Shown here piece after piece: positions 60,936 through 64,000 of a DNA stretch of 64,000 nucleotides. Position numbers and translations under genes: made by a program. Positions within the stretch are counted from its first letter, which is position 1. The number at the start of each line of letters is the position of its first letter. Source of the DNA: Anaeromyxobacteraceae bacterium (lineage in GTDB: Bacteria; Myxococcota; Myxococcia; Myxococcales; Anaeromyxobacteraceae); the NCBI GenBank assembly GCA_047602405.1, contig JASGHJ010000002.1:2464001-2528000 (forward strand). The letters run 5' to 3'. Under the pieces are notes generated by a model. It made no database searches and was not told the DNA's origin. It saw nothing but the letters and a program-made list of their open reading frames with translations.

Positions 60936-62505
60936 AAGACAGCGCGGGCTCCAGGGTCTCCGCGAGGGGCGAGCGGAGCGCCCGGAGCCGCTGGAGCGCC
61001 GCCTGGGCCTCCTTCGGAGCCCCGGACAGCGCGGCGGTCAGGCCGAGGTTGAACCAGATGGCGTCGTCGCCGGGGCGGAGCGCGGCGGCGCGGCGCAGCG
61101 AGGCGAGGCCCTCGCCCGGCTTGCCGAGCATCGCCTGGCACAGGCCGAGGTTCATCCACGCGTGCGCGTCGCTCGGCATGAGCGCCACGGCCTGCTCGAG
61201 CAGCGGCAACGCCGCCTCGGGGCGCCGCGCCTCGCCGTGGGCGGCGCCGAGCGCCTTCAGCGCCAGGTAGTTGTCGTCGGTGACGCGCAGCGCGTGGCCG
61301 TACACCGTGAAGCTGTCCTCCCAGGTCGAGACCTGGCGCACGGTGAGCGTGGCGAGGACGAGGAGGCACCCGACGGCGGCGGCCACCACCCCGCGCCGCC
61401 ACGCCTGCGACCGCGCCGCGAGCTCCCCGGCGCTCCACGCGATCGCCACGGCGGGGCCGACGAGCGGCACGTACGTGTACCGGTCCGCCATCCCCTGCAG
61501 CCCGACCTGGATCAGGCCCGCGACCGGGAGCAGCGTCACGAGGAACCACGCGTACCCGAACGCGAGCCAGGGGCGCCGCGCGCGCTGCCACCACCCGAGC
61601 GCCCCGAGGCCCACCAGCACCGCGAGGGCGAGCCCGACCTTCCAGGCGACGAGCCCCCCCGGCGCGAGCGCGGGGTGCGGGTACGCCGCCGCGAGCCCGA
61701 CCGGCCAGACGAGCTTCCCGAGGTACGCCGCCGCCCCCAGCGCGGCGCCGCCGAGGCGCGCGGCCGGCCCGAACACCACGAGGTCGTTCACCGCCCCGCC
61801 CGCGGCCTGCGCCTGGAACGCGATCCAGGCCCCCGCGGCCGCGAGCAGCCACAGGGCCCACTTCTCGGCGACCCGCGCCACGATCCCGCCCGGCCCGATC
61901 CTCCCGAGCGGCCACGCGTCCACCAGCAGGAGCGCCGCGGGCAGCGTCACGAGCATCGCCTTCGCCATGAGCCCGAGCGCGAACGCCAGCGCCGCGAGCG
62001 CGTAGCGCCACCAGGACGGCCGCCGCGTCCACGCCACCCACGCGAGCGCGGTCGTCCACCAGAGCGCGCCCGCGAGCACGTCCTTGCGCTCCGACACCCA
62101 CGCGACCGACTCGACGCGCAGGGGGTGCAGCGCGAAGAGCGCCGCGGCGAGCAGGCTCCGCCACGTGCTCCCGGTGGCCGCGCGCAGGAGCGCGAACAGG
62201 AGCGCCGCGTTCGCCGCGTGCAGCGCGACGTTCTCGAGCTTCTGCGCGCCCGCGTCGAGGCCGAAGAGCTCGGCGTCGGCGAGGTACGACAGCCAGGTGA
62301 GCGGGTGCCAGTTGCCGAGGTAGAACGTCCCGAACGCCCACCGCACGTTCGCGCCGCCGAGCCCCTCGAGCACCCGCGCGTTCCGGGCGTAGTACGTGAG
62401 GTCGTCGACCACCACGTACGCCTGCCCGCGGACGCCGGCGTAGAGCGCGGCCGTCGCGACGAGGAGCCCGGCCGCGAGCGCCCAGGCCGGCGGCGGCGAC
62501 CTCAA
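60928..62505 (-). CDS. TMTC-like membrane glycosyltransferase with C-terminal TPRs
   Basis: DD..Y, NWHPLTWLS, HPLRVESVAWVSERKD, ADRYTY, TPR tail; TTG start overlapping the coaBC stop. Confidence 0.85.
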   Translation of the reverse strand: MRSPPPAWALAAGLLVATAALYAGVRGQAYVVVDDLTYYARNARVLEGLGGANVRWAFGTFYLGNWHPLTWLSYLADAELFGLDAGAQKLENVALHAANAALLFALLRAATGSTWRSLLAAALFALHPLRVESVAWVSERKDVLAGALWWTTALAWVAWTRRPSWWRYALAALAFALGLMAKAMLVTLPAALLLVDAWPLGRIGPGGIVARVAEKWALWLLAAAGAWIAFQAQAAGGAVNDLVVFGPAARLGGAALGAAAYLGKLVWPVGLAAAYPHPALAPGGLVAWKVGLALAVLVGLGALGWWQRARRPWLAFGYAWFLVTLLPVAGLIQVGLQGMADRYTYVPLVGPAVAIAWSAGELAARSQAWRRGVVAAAVGCLLVLATLTVRQVSTWEDSFTVYGHALRVTDDNYLALKALGAAHGEARRPEAALPLLEQAVALMPSDAHAWMNLGLCQAMLGKPGEGLASLRRAAALRPGDDAIWFNLGLTAALSGAPKEAQAALQRLRALRSPLAETLEPALSSP

Positions 62506-63719
62506 GCCTTCGGCCTCCGCGCGTCGAGCACGGGCAGGATCCAGTCCAGGATCGACTCCGCCACGCGCTCCTTCGGGCCCTCGATCTCGGCGAGCTCGCT
62601 CGCGGACACGAGCGCCACCCGGTTCGTGTCGGCGCCGAACCCGGCGCCGGGCTGGCCGACCTTGTTCGCGACCACGAGGTCGCAGCGCTTGCGCTTCAGC
62701 TTCTCGCGCGCGTTCGCGATCACGTCGGTCGTCTCCGCGGCGAAGCCGACGATGACGGGGGCGTCGGGCGTCCCGGCGTGGCGCTCCCCGAGCCGCGCGA
62801 GGATGTCCGGCGTGCGCGCGAGGACGAGGGTCTCCTCCCCCTCCCCCTTCTTGATCTTCTGCGCCGCCACCACCCGCGGGCGGTAATCCGACACCGCCGC
62901 GGCCGCGACGAAGAGATCCACGCCCTCCGACGCTGCCTCGACCGCGTTCGACATCTGCTCGGCGGTCTCGACCCGCACGAGCTTCACGCCGCCGGGCGGC
63001 TCGAGGGCGGTCGGCCCGGTCACGAGCACGACCTCCGCCCCGCGCCGCGCGGCCACCCGCGCGACGGCGTAGCCCATCTTGCCGGACGACGGGTTCGTGA
63101 CGAACCGCACGGGATCGATCGGCTCGCGCGTCGGCCCGGCCGTCACGAGCACCTTCCGACCGGAGAGGTCGAGGTTGCCGAGCAGCCGCGAGGCCGCGAG
63201 CGCGATGTCGGTGGGCTCCGCGAGCCGCCCCTCCCCCACGTCGCCGTCCGCGAGCTCGCCCGCCCCGGGCCCGACCACGTGGTACCCGCGTTCCTTCAGC
63301 GCGAGCAGGTTCTCCTGCACCGCCGCGTTCTGCCACATCCGCGTGTTCATCGCCGGCGCGAGCAGGACCGGGCAGCGCACCGCGAGGAGCGTGGTCGTGA
63401 CCGCGTCGTCGCCCATGCCGGCGCGCGCCCGCGCGATGAGGTCGGCGGTGGCCGGCGCGACCACGACGAGGTCGGCCGCCCGCGCGTAGGCGAGGTGCCC
63501 GTACGTGAGGTCGAACGCCGGGTCGAAGAGGTCGGTGAGCACCGGGCCGCCGGAGAGCGCCTGGAACGTCAGGGGCTGGACGAACCGCGTGGCCGCCGGG
63601 GTCATCACCACGCGCGCGGTGCCGCCCCCCTTCACGACCAGTCGCACGACCTCGCAGGCCTTGTAGGCGGCGATCCCGCCGCCCACGGCCACGATCACGG
63701 TCCGGTTCTGGAAGCGCAT
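62502..63719 (-). CDS. coaBC: Bifunctional phosphopantothenoylcysteine decarboxylase/ligase
   Basis: GGIAAYKA, PAMNTRM, TAGPTREPIDPVRF.TN.SSGKMG, AAVSDY, GFAAET. Confidence 0.95.
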   Translation of the reverse strand: MRFQNRTVIVAVGGGIAAYKACEVVRLVVKGGGTARVVMTPAATRFVQPLTFQALSGGPVLTDLFDPAFDLTYGHLAYARAADLVVVAPATADLIARARAGMGDDAVTTTLLAVRCPVLLAPAMNTRMWQNAAVQENLLALKERGYHVVGPGAGELADGDVGEGRLAEPTDIALAASRLLGNLDLSGRKVLVTAGPTREPIDPVRFVTNPSSGKMGYAVARVAARRGAEVVLVTGPTALEPPGGVKLVRVETAEQMSNAVEAASEGVDLFVAAAAVSDYRPRVVAAQKIKKGEGEETLVLARTPDILARLGERHAGTPDAPVIVGFAAETTDVIANAREKLKRKRCDLVVANKVGQPGAGFGADTNRVALVSASELAEIEGPKERVAESILDWILPVLDARRPKA

Positions 63720-63792
63720 GGCGCGCATCTTACCCGTTTGCCCGCCGCGTGCCCTTTCCAGGCCGGGGTGGCCGGTGTCATGCTGCCGCGCC

Positions 63793-64000
63793 GTGGACGG
63801 TCCCGAGCCCGAGACGCCCGCGCCGCCCGGGCCCACCGAGACGCCGGGTGCCACCGCCTCACCCCCCGCCCCCGCGCCGTCGCCCGCCGCCCCTCCCGCC
63901 GGCCCGCCGCGGAAGAGCGCCTCGCTCTTCTTCCTGACCGTGTTCCTGCTCATGCCGCTCGCGGGCCTCGCCCAGGGCTCGAGCATGCTCGGCGGCCTCC
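63793..64000 (+). CDS. Partial membrane protein (Pro-rich N-terminus then TM), continues beyond the window
   Basis: VDGPEPETPAPPGP...SASLFFLTVFLLMPLAGLAQGSSMLGGL; open to the window end. Confidence 0.5.
   Translation, partial: MDGPEPETPAPPGPTETPGATASPPAPAPSPAAPPAGPPRKSASLFFLTVFLLMPLAGLAQGSSMLGGL

Overview
Very GC-rich bacterial chromosomal segment. Gene content (TIGR02266/PilZ-like proteins, CglB-like vWA lipoproteins, PilZ-Hsp70 fusion) points to Myxococcota, probably Anaeromyxobacter-like; this is inference. It is mostly housekeeping and accessory genes: guaB-guaA, miaB, coaBC, cysK, scoAB-thiolase, an rlmD-like methyltransferase, UDG, a metal ABC system, NfeD-SPFH and fatty-acyl-CoA ligases. 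It also carries an initiator tRNA-Met and three mobile elements: an IS630, an IS110/IS1111-type element and a RAYT-like HUH transposase. The most unusual region is 44073-46305. The IS1111-type element there has a 3' non-coding region whose loop sequences match its own target site and its circle junction, as expected for a bridge/seek RNA. It sits between two diverged, inverted ~300-bp non-coding elements. Each folds into a 248-nt rod-like hairpin with compensatory base changes between the copies, and I cannot assign them to a known family. Seven genes have single-base frameshifts that fall only at GATC->GAATC or GAAGAGC->GAAGAGGC, which suggests methylation-linked sequencing errors rather than true pseudogenes.
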